A stretch of 64,000 nucleotides of DNA from Sphingomonas bacterium (GCF_028292965.1 NZ_JAQGLG010000026.1:31384-95383), one strand, 5' to 3'. Positions 38,886-49,311 are shown, numbered from the stretch's first letter. Numbers and translations: made by a program. The notes: generated by a model not told the origin, from the letters alone.

Positions 38886-40267
38886 ACCGGCAGCCCGTGG
38901 CAGCCGCGCCGGGAAGCGGTGACGGCGACCCCGTTCAGGCGGCGATCGACGCACTGCCGCTCAATCCCCGGCACTTCACGGTGTTTGCATTGTGTGCAGC
39001 CGGCCTGTTCTTCGAGGCGCTGAACCTCCAGCTGATGTCGTTCGTCGCGCCGATGCTCGCCAGGGAATGGCACATTGGCCCGGCGATGCTGGGCGGGCTG
39101 ATCTCGGCAACGATCGCCGGCATGCTGGTCGGGACCTATGCCTTCGGCGCGGTCGCCGACCGGTTTGGCAGGCGCGGCGCCTTCCAGATCACGGTCGGCA
39201 TCTTCTCGATCCTCACCGCCTTGTCGGGGCTCGCCGGCACGCTCGGGCAACTGATGGTCGCGCGTTTCGGCGCGGGCCTCGGCATCGGCGGCTCCATCCC
39301 GGTGGAGACGGCGGTGCTTGCCGAGTTCACCCCGGCGCGCTGGCGCAGTCGCTTCATGGCGATCTGGGCGATGGCGTTGCCGGTCGGCGCTCTCGTCGCG
39401 CCGCTGTGCGTGGCTGTAATGCCCCTGTCGCTCGGCTGGCGCGGCTTGCTGCTGCTCGGCGGGCTTCCCGCGGTGCTGGTGCTGATCGTCCGCAGCGCGA
39501 TACCCGAGACGCCGCAATATCTCGCCGGCAACGGCCGCGTCGCCGAGGCCGAACAGGCATTGTCATGGATTGCGCGTCGCCCGATGCCGCTCGCCATGCC
39601 CAACCCAGCTGCTGACGCGACCGCGCGTCGCAGCGTCCGGCAAGCGCCCGAGGTCCTGCTTTTCGCCGCCGCTTACCGCCGCACCACCTTAGTGAGCTGG
39701 GGCATCTATTTCGGCAGCTTCTTCGCCTATTACGGTTTCGTGCTGTGGATGCCGGCGTTTCTGGCGGGATATCGCGGCATGGCCACGCCCGAGATATTGC
39801 GCTTCATGGTCGGGCTCGCGCTCGCCGGGCTCGTCGGCCGCGTCGCCATCCTGCTGGTCGCAGGCAGGATCGATCGGCGTGTCCTGATCGCCGCCTGCTC
39901 GCTCGGCGGTGCCGCATCGCTCCTGTGTCTCGCCGGGCAGACCGATGGTGCCGCCATCGTCATCAGCGCTTTTGCCGCCGCCTTCTTTCTCGAAGGTGCA
40001 TTCAGCGCGGTGATCCCGTTCGTCGCCGAATCTTACCCCACGGCGTTGCGCGCGACCGGGGTCGGCTGGAGCGGCGGCATGGGCCGTTTCGGCACGGTCC
40101 TGGCGCCGATCGTTTTCGGGGCCTTGGTGCGGATCGACACCGGCTACGCCATGGCCGCCCTGGCGGCCGGAGCGCTTTTCGCCGTCGCTTCGGTATCGTT
40201 CGCCCGGCCCGTGGCTGGTGGCGGGCAACGCCGCGATTCAATCGCCGCGAAATCTGCTCAAAGCTGA
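38882..40267 (+). CDS. MFS transporter (aromatic acid/metabolite:H+ symporter-like)
   Basis: ADRFGRR, AEFTPARWR, PETP and ESYPTALRATG motifs; TTG start overlaps the TBDR stop. Confidence 0.85.
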   Translation: MNRQPVAAAPGSGDGDPVQAAIDALPLNPRHFTVFALCAAGLFFEALNLQLMSFVAPMLAREWHIGPAMLGGLISATIAGMLVGTYAFGAVADRFGRRGAFQITVGIFSILTALSGLAGTLGQLMVARFGAGLGIGGSIPVETAVLAEFTPARWRSRFMAIWAMALPVGALVAPLCVAVMPLSLGWRGLLLLGGLPAVLVLIVRSAIPETPQYLAGNGRVAEAEQALSWIARRPMPLAMPNPAADATARRSVRQAPEVLLFAAAYRRTTLVSWGIYFGSFFAYYGFVLWMPAFLAGYRGMATPEILRFMVGLALAGLVGRVAILLVAGRIDRRVLIAACSLGGAASLLCLAGQTDGAAIVISAFAAAFFLEGAFSAVIPFVAESYPTALRATGVGWSGGMGRFGTVLAPIVFGALVRIDTGYAMAALAAGALFAVASVSFARPVAGGGQRRDSIAAKSAQS

Positions 40268-40350
40268 TCCGTGACGCGGGGCGCAACCCGACTCGCGTCC
40301 GCTCTTTCGCATTGTTGATCTCATCGAGAAGCGCGCCGCCGTGGTGAGCC

Positions 40351-40536
40351 GCCGCTCCCTGGTCTCTCCCTGATCTTTCCCTGTTCTGCGCAGCAGGGAG
40401 ATGCACGTCACCGCGTTGATACGAAACCCTTATTCTGGTTGCCGCGGTCACGATTCCGTGGGTGAAATATTTTTTCCTCGGAACAGGGAATATCAGGGAG
40501 CGAACAGGGAGAAACAGGGAGAAAGCAGGGAGCGGC
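40351..40536. repeat. 186-bp inverted-repeat element with phased CAGGGA arrays
   Basis: TCCCTG at 40356/40367/40378; CAGGGA at 40484/40494/40505/40515/40526; terminal 11-bp perfect IR GCCGCTCCCTG/CAGGGAGCGGC. Confidence 0.8.
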
Positions 40537-40613
40537 CGGATAGCTCGGCACCTTTAGGCCGCAAACGAATTGCTGCGCGTGCACTACCCGTCTGCTTCGC
40601 TATAGGGCGCCCG

Positions 40614-41738
40614 GTGACTCTGCTGACGGCCCAGGACAGCGATCTGCGACAGCTTGCCGAACGCGCGCGACTGCGCTCCCTCATACCGCGTGTCGGGTTG
40701 GACTTCTCGTCCAATGACTATCTCGGCCTCGCCGATGCGCCGCAGCTGCGCGAGGCCGTGGCGGCGGCACTGGCGCGCGGCGTAGCGATCGGTTCGGGCG
40801 GGTCGCGGCTGCTGCGCGGCAACGATCCCGAGCATGAGGCGCTCGAAGCCGAGGCGGCAACGTTCTTCGGCAGCGAGACGGCGCTGTTCTTCTCGAGTGG
40901 TTACGCTGCCAACACCGCCCTGCTCTCGACCCTTCCCCAGCGGGGCGATCTCGTGGTGCATGATGCGCTGGTCCATGCCAGCGCGCATGAGGGCATGCGG
41001 CTCGGCCGCGCCGATCATGTCGCGACGCCGCACAACGACGCCGGCGCGGTCGACGACGCGATCGCCGCCTGGCGGCGCGGCGGCGCGACCGGGCGACCAT
41101 GGATCGCGGTCGAGAGCCTCTACAGCATGGACGGCGACCGCGCCCCGCTCGCCGATCTGGTCGCTGTGGCCGAGCGGCACGAGGCGATGCTGCTGATCGA
41201 CGAGGCGCACGCCACCGGCGTGTTCGGTGAGAGCGGACGCGGCCTCGCCGCCAATCTCGAAGGCCGCGACAACGTCATCACGCTGCGCACCTGCGGCAAG
41301 GCGCTTGGCTGCGAAGGCGCGTTGCTGTGCGGACCACGCACCGCGCGTGACTTCCTCGTCAATCGCGGTCGCGGCTTCATCTTCTCGACCGCACCCTCGC
41401 CGTTGATCGCCTGCGCGGTGCGCGCGAGCCTGCGCATCCTCGCCGACGAGCCTGAACGGCGCGCACGTCTGGCGGCGCTGATCGCCTTCGCCGAACGCGC
41501 CCTCGCCCCATGCGGCGTCGCACCGACGGGCTCGCAGATCCTCCCGCTGGTGATCGGGGAGGATGCGCCGACGATGCGCATGGCGAGCGCGCTGCAGACC
41601 GCCGGGTTCGATGTGCGTGGCATCCGCCCGCCGACCGTGCCGGCCGGCACCGCAAGGCTGCGCATCTCGCTGACGCTCAACGTGAACGAGGCAGACATCA
41701 CGGCGCTCGCCGACACGATCATGGCACTGCCGCGATGA
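40614..41738 (+). CDS. bioF: 8-amino-7-oxononanoate synthase
   Basis: [38 protein letters not shown] and IRPPTVP; sits upstream of bioD/bioA. Confidence 0.93.
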   Translation: MTLLTAQDSDLRQLAERARLRSLIPRVGLDFSSNDYLGLADAPQLREAVAAALARGVAIGSGGSRLLRGNDPEHEALEAEAATFFGSETALFFSSGYAANTALLSTLPQRGDLVVHDALVHASAHEGMRLGRADHVATPHNDAGAVDDAIAAWRRGGATGRPWIAVESLYSMDGDRAPLADLVAVAERHEAMLLIDEAHATGVFGESGRGLAANLEGRDNVITLRTCGKALGCEGALLCGPRTARDFLVNRGRGFIFSTAPSPLIACAVRASLRILADEPERRARLAALIAFAERALAPCGVAPTGSQILPLVIGEDAPTMRMASALQTAGFDVRGIRPPTVPAGTARLRISLTLNVNEADITALADTIMALPR

Positions 41739-42355
41739 ACGGGCCGGTCATCGTCGTCACCGGCACCGACACCGATGTCGGCAAGACGGTGTTCGCCGCG
41801 GCGCTCGCCGGGGCGCTGGGCGCGAGCTATTGGAAGCCGGTCCAGGCCGGGCTCGATCCGCGAGCCGATGTCGACAGCGTCGCGATACTGTCGGGCGCGC
41901 GCATCCTGCCCGAGGCTTACCGCCTGACGACGCCCTGCTCGCCGCACCGCGCCGCCGCGATCGACGGGGTCACGATCGATCCGGCGCGGCTCGCGCTGCC
42001 CGGCGTCGACGGCCCGCTGGTCGTCGAAGGCGCCGGCGGGGTGCTGGTGCCGATCACGCCCGACCTGTTGTTCGTCGACCTGTTCGCGCGCTGGGCCCGC
42101 CCGGTCGTGCTCGTTGCGCGCACCGGGCTCGGCACGATCAATCACAGTCTGTTGTCGATCGAAGCGCTGCGCCGGCGCGGCGTGCCGATCCTCGGCATCG
42201 CCTTCATCGGCGACGAACAGCCCGACAGCGAAGCGACCATCGCCCGGCTCGGCGGCGTCAAGCGGCTCGGCCGCCTGCCCCGGCTCGACCCGCTCGACGC
42301 GGACACGCTGGCCGCCGCCTTCGCCGCGCACTTCGATCTGGACGACTTCCGATGA
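41735..42355 (+). CDS. bioD: Dethiobiotin synthase
   Basis: [24 protein letters not shown] and LGTINH motifs. Confidence 0.95.
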   Translation: MNGPVIVVTGTDTDVGKTVFAAALAGALGASYWKPVQAGLDPRADVDSVAILSGARILPEAYRLTTPCSPHRAAAIDGVTIDPARLALPGVDGPLVVEGAGGVLVPITPDLLFVDLFARWARPVVLVARTGLGTINHSLLSIEALRRRGVPILGIAFIGDEQPDSEATIARLGGVKRLGRLPRLDPLDADTLAAAFAAHFDLDDFR

Positions 42356-43605
42356 CCGGCTCGCCGATCTGGCATCCCTTCACCCAGCACGGGCTGAACG
42401 AGCCGGTCCCGCTCGTCACCCATGCCGAGGGCGCCGCGCTGCACACCGCCGACGGGCGCCGCATCGTCGACGGCATCTCGTCCTGGTGGGTGACGACGCA
42501 CGGCCATTGCCATCCACGCATCATGGCGGCGATCGCGGAGCAGACGACGAAGCTCGACCAGATCATCTTCGCCGGCTGGACCCATGAACCCGCCGAGACG
42601 CTGGCGCGCGGCCTCACCGCGATGATGCCGCCAGCACTGACCCGGGTGTTCTTCTCGGACTCAGGCTCGACCAGCGTCGAGGTCGCGCTCAAAATGGCGC
42701 TCGGCTTCTGGGCCAATCGCGGCGAACACCGTGGCCGCATCCTGGTGATGGAGCACAGCTATCATGGCGATACGATCGGCGCGATGTCGGTCGGCGCGCG
42801 CGGTGTGTTCAATCAGGCCTATGCGCCGTTGCTGTTCGACGTCGGAACCTTGCCTTTTCCCGCGGCCGGCGCGGAACAGGCGACGCTCGACGCACTGGAG
42901 GCGGCCTGTCGCGAGGCGCCCGCCGCGCTGATCGTCGAGCCGCTGATCCTCGGCGCCGGTGGCATGCTGATCTACGTCGCCCGGGTGCTGAGCGAGATGC
43001 GCGCGATCTGCGCCCGGCACGGCGTGCTGTTCATCGCCGATGAGGTGATGACCGGCTGGGGCCGCACCGGCACGCTGCTGGCATGCGAACAGGCCGACGT
43101 CGTGCCCGACATCCTGTGCCTGTCGAAGGGCCTGACCGGCGGCGCGGTACCGCTCGCCGTGACCATGGCGAGCGGGGCGATCTACGCCGCGCATCTGTCC
43201 GACGACCGGGCGAAGATGTTCTTCCACTCGTCGAGCTACACCGCCAACCCGATCGCCTGTGCCGCGGCCAACGCCAACCTCGCTATCTGGCGCGAGGAAC
43301 CGGTGGCGGCGCGCATCGCCGATCTGGCGGCGCGGCAGGCGGCGCGGCTGGAGTCGATCGCGAAGCTGCCCAATGTGCGCAACGCCCGGGCGCTGGGGAC
43401 GATCACCGCCCTCGACCTGGTAGATGAACGGGGCGCCGGCTATCTCTCGCAACTCGGCCCACAGCTACTGGCGCACTTCCGCGAGCAAGACCTGCTGCTG
43501 CGCCCGCTCGGCAACACCGTCTACGTCATGCCGCCCTATTGCATCGACGATGCCGATCTCGACCGTCTCTATGACGGTATCGCAAGCGCGATCGAGCGGA
43601 CCTAG
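42352..43605 (+). CDS. bioA: Adenosylmethionine-8-amino-7-oxononanoate transaminase
   Basis: [50 protein letters not shown] and LRPLGN motifs. Confidence 0.95.
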   Translation: MTGSPIWHPFTQHGLNEPVPLVTHAEGAALHTADGRRIVDGISSWWVTTHGHCHPRIMAAIAEQTTKLDQIIFAGWTHEPAETLARGLTAMMPPALTRVFFSDSGSTSVEVALKMALGFWANRGEHRGRILVMEHSYHGDTIGAMSVGARGVFNQAYAPLLFDVGTLPFPAAGAEQATLDALEAACREAPAALIVEPLILGAGGMLIYVARVLSEMRAICARHGVLFIADEVMTGWGRTGTLLACEQADVVPDILCLSKGLTGGAVPLAVTMASGAIYAAHLSDDRAKMFFHSSSYTANPIACAAANANLAIWREEPVAARIADLAARQAARLESIAKLPNVRNARALGTITALDLVDERGAGYLSQLGPQLLAHFREQDLLLRPLGNTVYVMPPYCIDDADLDRLYDGIASAIERT

Positions 43606-44633
43606 GACGCTACCACATCACGCTCGAGCGCGAGCAGGCCGAACAGGTCGCGCGGATCTTCGGGCCGGGCGAGCAGGTCGACGGTGCGGTGGAAGCACGG
43701 ATCCTGAGTGACGTCGGCGAGATAGCGCAGTGCCGAGAAGTCCTCGATCGCGAAACCGACCGAATCGAACAGCGTAATCTCGCCCGCGCTGGTGCGGCCG
43801 GCCGCCTCACCGGTGATGACCTGCCACAGTTCGGTCGCGGCGAAGTCCGCGGGCATTTGCTGGATTTCGCCCTCGATCCGCGTCTGGGGGAGGTATTCGA
43901 CGAACACGCTGGCACGCTCGATGATCGCGCGCTGCAGCTCGGTCTTGCCCGGGCAGTCGCCGCCAACCGCGTTGATGTGGACGCCGGCGCCGACCATGTC
44001 GTCGGACACCACCGTCGCGCGGCGTTTGTCGGCGGTGACGGTGGTGATGATGTCGGCGCCCTCCACCGCTTCCGGCGCGGAGCGGGCGACATGAATGGTG
44101 AAATCGCGCCCTGCCATATTGGCGCGGAACTTCGCCGTGGCGGCGGGATCGACGTCGTAGATCGACAGCCGGTCGATACCGAGCAGTGCGCGGAACGCCT
44201 CGGCCTGGAACTCGGCCTGCGCGCCGAGGCCGATGATCGCCATGCTGCGTGCATCGGGCCGCGCGAGATGCTTCGCCGCGAGCGCCGACATGGCGGCGGT
44301 ACGCAGCGCGGTCATGATCGTCATCTCGGCGATCAGATAGGGATAGCCAGTCGCCACGTCGGCGAGCACGCCAAAGCCGGTCACCGTCTGCAGGCCATTG
44401 GCCTGGTTGGCGGGGTGGCCGTTGACGTATTTGAAAGCGAAGGCCTCGCGGTCGGCGGTCGGCATCAACTCGATCACGCCCTGTGACGAATGGCTGGCGT
44501 AGCGCGGCGACTTGTCGAACTCGGGCCAGCGGCGATAGTCGGCGGCGAGATAGTCGGCGATCTCGCGCAGCACATTGGCGATGCCCCTGCGCCGTACCAG
44601 CGCGACGACGTGATCGACTTCAACGAGGCGCAT
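43602..44633 (-). CDS. ocd: Ornithine cyclodeaminase
   Basis: GVIELMP, FKYVNGHP.N, LRTAA, GGDCPGKTEL and FDSVGFAIEDFSALRY, as in bona fide OCD; divergent Lrp. Confidence 0.88.
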   Translation of the reverse strand: MRLVEVDHVVALVRRRGIANVLREIADYLAADYRRWPEFDKSPRYASHSSQGVIELMPTADREAFAFKYVNGHPANQANGLQTVTGFGVLADVATGYPYLIAEMTIMTALRTAAMSALAAKHLARPDARSMAIIGLGAQAEFQAEAFRALLGIDRLSIYDVDPAATAKFRANMAGRDFTIHVARSAPEAVEGADIITTVTADKRRATVVSDDMVGAGVHINAVGGDCPGKTELQRAIIERASVFVEYLPQTRIEGEIQQMPADFAATELWQVITGEAAGRTSAGEITLFDSVGFAIEDFSALRYLADVTQDPCFHRTVDLLARPEDPRDLFGLLALERDVVAS

Positions 44634-44750
44634 GAGATCATCTCCTTCGCCCCGGATTCTAGGCGCGCGCTTCGCCACATAGAATTGGACTTTTGCACAC
44701 ATAGAGTACAATGTTGCTACGAACCGCGCATTTCCATGGAGCAATTCGTC

Positions 44751-45170
44751 ATGCAGGCGCTCGACTCGATCGACCGGCGATTGATCGGCGCGCTGCGCGT
44801 CGACGGCCGCGCGCCGATGGCGCGGATCGCGAACCAGCTCGGCATTTCGCGCGCCACCGCCGAGAAGCGCGTCGCGCGGATGATCGAGAGCGGGGCGATC
44901 CTCGGCTTCACAGTGCGCGCGCGCGACGACGCCTCGACGATCCGTGCGGTGATGATGATCGAGCTCGCCGGCCGCACGACCAGCGCGGTGGTCCGTCACC
45001 TCAAGGAGCTACCCGAGCTCCATATGCTGCACACCACCAATGGCGGCTGGGATCTGGTCGCCGAGATCCGCGTCGAGACGCTGGCCGATCTCGACCGCGT
45101 CCTGCGTGAGGTGCGGCTGATCGAAGGCGTGCTGAACAGCGAGACGAGCCTGCTGCTGAGTTCCGCTTAG
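44751..45170 (+). CDS. Lrp/AsnC family transcriptional regulator
   Basis: LDSIDRRLIGALRVDGR HTH; TTNGGWDL RAM domain. Confidence 0.9.
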   Translation: MQALDSIDRRLIGALRVDGRAPMARIANQLGISRATAEKRVARMIESGAILGFTVRARDDASTIRAVMMIELAGRTTSAVVRHLKELPELHMLHTTNGGWDLVAEIRVETLADLDRVLREVRLIEGVLNSETSLLLSSA

Positions 45171-45204
45171 CGTGGTTTTCAGTTTGGTCAGGACTTCCTT
45201 CTCC

Positions 45205-45286
45205 GTTCGCCCTGAGCTTGTCGAAGGGCTGTTCTTCTTTGCAGCGTCGCAAGGAAGAACGGTGCTTCGACAAGCTCAGCACGAAC
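45205..45286. repeat. REP-like palindrome (CTGAGCTTGTCGAAG family)
   Basis: Arms GTTCGCCCTGAGCTTGTCGAAG and CTTCGACAAGCTCAGCACGAAC; inner stem GTTCTTCTTTGC/GCAAGGAAGAAC. Confidence 0.82.
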
Positions 45287-45309
45287 TGGATTGGGCTAGA
45301 TGACCTCGA

Positions 45310-45702
45310 TCAGCGCTCCTCGTCGATCCGCGTGGTGATGCCGGTCGCGACGATGGTGCGCGTCGCGTCGATCGAGGCGTAGGTCCAGAAGATCGCCATC
45401 TCCTCACTGGTCGAGGTGTTGCGGAAGCAGTGCGGTACTTCGGCCGGGATCCAGCTGGTGTCGTTGGGCTTCACCGGATGGTCGGTGCCGTCGATGAAGG
45501 CGATGCCGCTGCCCGACAGGACGATGACGCACTCCTCGCAATTGTGCGTGTGGAGCGGCACCGCCGCACCCGGCGCGATGCGGGTGATGCCGGTGAGCAT
45601 CGCGCGCGAGCCGCGGCCGGCGGTGACCAGCGGCGTAGTGACGATGCCGCCGCCGCGATCTTTGACAGGCAGGCCGGCGGGGGTGAGGACGATCGGGTTC
45701 AT
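45310..45702 (-). CDS. Cupin domain protein
   Basis: PLHTHNCEE and WIPAEVPHCFRN motifs. Confidence 0.88.
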   Translation of the reverse strand: MNPIVLTPAGLPVKDRGGGIVTTPLVTAGRGSRAMLTGITRIAPGAAVPLHTHNCEECVIVLSGSGIAFIDGTDHPVKPNDTSWIPAEVPHCFRNTSTSEEMAIFWTYASIDATRTIVATGITTRIDEER

Positions 45703-47081
45703 GCGGCCTGCTCCAGCGCCGGGCGGGTCCAGCGTATCGTCTTGGCGTTGGTGAACTCCTTGAGCCCAAGATCGCCCAGCTCGCGGCCATAACCCGAGCG
45801 CTTGATGCCGCCGAACGGCACGCGCGGGTCGGAGGCGACCATGGCGTTGACGAACACCGCGCCGGCATCGATGCGCCGCGCCACGGCAAGGCCGCGATCG
45901 GTGTCGGCGGTCCAGATCGACGCGCCGAGCCCGAAGGCGGTGAGGTTGGCGAGCGCGATCGCTTCATCCTCGTCGCGGGCGCGGATGATCGCGGCAGCGG
46001 GTCCGAATGTTTCCTCGTCGAACGCCGCCATACCGGGGACGACATGGTCGAGCAGCGTGGCCGGATAGAAGAAGCCAGGCCCGTTGGGCAGGCCGCTGCC
46101 GGTGACGACGCGTGCGCCGGCCGCGACGCTGCGCCTGACCTGGTCGTCGATCGCCGCGCGCAGATTGGCGCGGGCGAGCGGGCCGAGCGTGGTGGCGGGG
46201 TCGGTCGGGTCACCCATCACCAGCGCGCGGGCGCCTTCGGCAAAGGCTGCGACGAAGCGATCGGCCACCGCCTCGGCGACGATGAAGCGCTTGGCATTGA
46301 CGCAGCTCTGCCCGGCATTGGTGAAGCGCGCGGTGACCGCCATGCGCGCGGCATGATCCACATCGGCATCGGCCAGCACGACGAACGGGTCCGACCCGCC
46401 AAGTTCGAGCACCTGCTTCTTGAGCGCGGCACCGGCTTGGCCGGCGACGATCGCGCCGACCTCGGTCGAGCCGGTCAACGTGACGGCGGCGATGCGTGTG
46501 TCGGCGATCAGCGCGGCGACGGTGTCGGGTTCGACCCGCAGACTGGCGAACAGGCCGGCGGGCGCACCGGCCTCGACCACCAGCCGTTCGATCGCCAGCG
46601 CACAGCCGGGCACATTGGCCGCGTGTTTGAGGATCACGCCATTGCCCGCCGCCAGCGCGGGCGCAAGGAAACGCACGACCTGCCACAGTGGGTAGTTCCA
46701 CGGCATGATCGCCAGCACGACACCGAGCGGCTCGTGCGCGATGATCACATCGGGCACGCCGACGACGGGCGCATCGGCCAGCATCGCGGCGGCATTGTCG
46801 GCGTAGAAGTCGCAGTTGAGTGCGCACTTCTCGACCTCGGCCCGCGCCTCGCCGATCGGCTTGCCCATCTCGGCGGTGATCAGCGCGCCGAGCGTGTCGC
46901 GCTCGCAGCGCAGCCCGGCGGCAAGGCGGTGGAGCAACGCGGTGCGCGCACCCGGGGTGGACCAGCGCCAGTCGCGCTGGGCGCGCGCGGCGTGATCGAG
47001 CGCCGTGTCGACCTGTGCCGGGGTGTGCAGCTCGAAGCGGGCGAAGGTCTCGCCGGTCGCGGGATTGGTCGAGAGGTTCAT
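45699..47081 (-). CDS. NAD(P)-dependent aldehyde dehydrogenase (succinate-semialdehyde dehydrogenase Sad/GabD1-like)
   Basis: MPWNYP, TGST, LELGGSDP, GQSC, EETFGP and PFGGIKRSGYGRE motifs. Confidence 0.92.
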   Translation of the reverse strand: MNLSTNPATGETFARFELHTPAQVDTALDHAARAQRDWRWSTPGARTALLHRLAAGLRCERDTLGALITAEMGKPIGEARAEVEKCALNCDFYADNAAAMLADAPVVGVPDVIIAHEPLGVVLAIMPWNYPLWQVVRFLAPALAAGNGVILKHAANVPGCALAIERLVVEAGAPAGLFASLRVEPDTVAALIADTRIAAVTLTGSTEVGAIVAGQAGAALKKQVLELGGSDPFVVLADADVDHAARMAVTARFTNAGQSCVNAKRFIVAEAVADRFVAAFAEGARALVMGDPTDPATTLGPLARANLRAAIDDQVRRSVAAGARVVTGSGLPNGPGFFYPATLLDHVVPGMAAFDEETFGPAAAIIRARDEDEAIALANLTAFGLGASIWTADTDRGLAVARRIDAGAVFVNAMVASDPRVPFGGIKRSGYGRELGDLGLKEFTNAKTIRWTRPALEQAA

Positions 47082-48118
47082 AGCGCGCCGATCACCGCGG
47101 CGGCGAACGCTTCGGTGCCGAGCGGGCCGCCAACGTCGCGGGTGCGCGTCGCGGGGTCGTCGAGCACGCGGTCGATTGCGCCTTCGATACGGCGGGCGGC
47201 ATCGGCCAACGCCGCATCGCCGCTGCGTCGCGACATCCAGTCGAGCAGCATCGCCGCCGAGAGGATCAGAGAGGTCGGGTTGGCGACGCCCTGCCCGGCG
47301 ATATCCGGCGCCGAGCCATGTTGGGCCTGGGCAACACAGATATCGTCGCCTGCATTGATCGCGCCGCCAAGGCCGAGGCTACCGCTCAGTTCCGACGCTT
47401 CGTCCGACAGGATGTCGCCGAACATGTTGGTGGTGACGATGACATCGAACCGTGCCGGATCGCGCACCAGCAAGGCGGCGGCGGCATCGACGATCACCTC
47501 GTCGAGCGTGACGGTCGGGAAGTCGGCGGCGACGGCGCGCACCTCGCGCAGGAACAGGCCATCGGTCAGCTTGAGCACATTGGCCTTGTGCACCGCGGTG
47601 AGGCGGCCACTGCGCGACGCGGCAAGCTCGCAGGCGGCGCGCGCGACGCGGCGCGAGGCGGCGGCGGTGATCTTGCGGATCGAGAAGGCGCTGTCCGGGT
47701 CGGGCATGAACTCGCCGGGGCCGGCATACATGCTGCGGTCGGAATAGAACCCTTCCGTGTTCTCGCGCACGATCACCAGGTCCATCGGCTTGCGCAGGAT
47801 GCTGAGACCCTCGCGCGAGCGGCACGGCCGGATATTGGCGTAGAGCTGGAAGCCGGTGCGCAGCGCCGCCGAGGGGTTGGGCTGGCCGGCCGGGTAAGTG
47901 TAGTGCGAAACGGGGCCGAGGATCACGCCATCGGCGGCGGGGATCGCGTCGAGCACCGCTTGCGGCAGGGTCGAGCCCGACGCCGCGAGGCTCGCTTCAC
48001 CGATATCCTGCTGAACGAAGGCGATGCTGTCGCCGACCGCCGCGCGCAGCACGGCGAGCGTCGCCGCGGTGATTTCGGGGCCGATGCCGTCACCCGGCAG
48101 GACGAGGATGCGTGTCAT
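47078..48118 (-). CDS. Isocitrate/isopropylmalate (beta-decarboxylating) dehydrogenase family protein
   Basis: LPGDGIGPE, VRENTEG, HKANVL, NMFGDILSD and HGSAPDIAG motifs. Confidence 0.9.
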   Translation of the reverse strand: MTRILVLPGDGIGPEITAATLAVLRAAVGDSIAFVQQDIGEASLAASGSTLPQAVLDAIPAADGVILGPVSHYTYPAGQPNPSAALRTGFQLYANIRPCRSREGLSILRKPMDLVIVRENTEGFYSDRSMYAGPGEFMPDPDSAFSIRKITAAASRRVARAACELAASRSGRLTAVHKANVLKLTDGLFLREVRAVAADFPTVTLDEVIVDAAAALLVRDPARFDVIVTTNMFGDILSDEASELSGSLGLGGAINAGDDICVAQAQHGSAPDIAGQGVANPTSLILSAAMLLDWMSRRSGDAALADAARRIEGAIDRVLDDPATRTRDVGGPLGTEAFAAAVIGAL

Positions 48119-48153
48119 TGATGGTCCGCCTTCATGGATAGTCTCTCATTCGA

Positions 48154-49236
48154 TCAGGTCCGCGCCCTGCGGCGGGCGGTGCGTGCGTACCACAGCCACA
48201 GTCCGCTCGCGGCCATACCGACCAGCGTCAGCCCTGTCAGGACGAGGATCACGCGCGTCAGCAGCCCGAGCCACAGGCCGGTGTGGACGGTATAGATCCA
48301 GTCGATGAACTCGTTCGACGCCGGGAGCGTGCCGGCGACATAATGGCCGAGTTCGGACCCGTCATAGCCGTTGTAGAATATCTGGCTGGTGCCGTCGGGG
48401 CGGATCGTGCGGGCGCCGGTCAGATAGACCGCCACGACGCGCCCGCCGCTGGAGAAGCGCAACTGGCGCAGCGGCGTGTCGCCATAGCTTGCCCTGGCCT
48501 CGGCGATGAGGCGGTCGAGGGGCAGCAGCGCCACGCCGACGCGCTTGGCGACCTTTGGCGCGGGGCGCGGCTCGGTTTTCGTGACCGTCGCCAGCGCACT
48601 GCGCAACCCGTCCTTCCACACCATCATCACCCCGGTGGTCGCCGAGACGATCAGCAACAGCGCCACGCCCGCCCCGACCGCGCGGTGCAGCGTGCGCCAG
48701 CGCATATCCGTGCTGCCGTCGAGCTTGAGGCGGAATCCCTGGCGCAGCCGACGCGCGCCGGGCCACCAGTAGAATAGCCCGGTCAGTGCCATGAACAGCA
48801 GCGCAAACCCTTCCACGCCGATCAGCGTCTGGCCGATCGGACCGGCGTGGAGGTTCTCATGGACGTTGAAGATCCATTCCATCGGCCAGCTATTGGCCGG
48901 GCCGTCGCCGACGATGTGCGCATCGAACGGATCGATCGCCGTGACGCCGCGTACACCTTTCATTGTCCAGCGGAGCTGCACCGCCTGATCCATATGGTCG
49001 GGGAATTCCGCGCGGGTGAGTTCGGCCCCGGGATGGGCGGCGCGGAAGGCATCGACCAGCGATTGCACCGGCAGATGCGCGCCGCGTTCCACCACGACCA
49101 GGCCGGGGTGGATCACCCGCTCGATCTCGTCGCGGAAGACGAGCGCGGTGCCGGTCAGGCCCTGGACGAGCAGGAACAGGCCGACGCCCAGGCCGATCCA
49201 GCGGTGCACCTTCAGGAAGGTCGGTTTTTTGATCAC
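48154..49236 (-). CDS. PepSY-associated TM helix domain protein
   Basis: HRWIGL, H..LH, TGLFYWWP, LHRAVG and HTG His-bearing helices. Confidence 0.88.
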   Translation of the reverse strand: MIKKPTFLKVHRWIGLGVGLFLLVQGLTGTALVFRDEIERVIHPGLVVVERGAHLPVQSLVDAFRAAHPGAELTRAEFPDHMDQAVQLRWTMKGVRGVTAIDPFDAHIVGDGPANSWPMEWIFNVHENLHAGPIGQTLIGVEGFALLFMALTGLFYWWPGARRLRQGFRLKLDGSTDMRWRTLHRAVGAGVALLLIVSATTGVMMVWKDGLRSALATVTKTEPRPAPKVAKRVGVALLPLDRLIAEARASYGDTPLRQLRFSSGGRVVAVYLTGARTIRPDGTSQIFYNGYDGSELGHYVAGTLPASNEFIDWIYTVHTGLWLGLLTRVILVLTGLTLVGMAASGLWLWYARTARRRART

Positions 49237-49311
49237 ACCGCACCATGAGCCAGAATCGGCGCGGAGCGTAGCGCCCCGAACCCGTCGACTATCCCGATAG
49301 CAAATTTTGGA

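Noticed and set aside
40351-40536. Possible CRISPR array or biotin regulatory site
   Set aside because: Repeat units are 6 bp with 4-5 bp spacers, there are no cas genes, and there is no match to BioR/BirA consensus sites.
41830-42351. Apparent N-terminal extension or BioD-BioA fusion
   Set aside because: It is a different frame over bioD; bioA starts at ATG 42352 overlapping the bioD stop.
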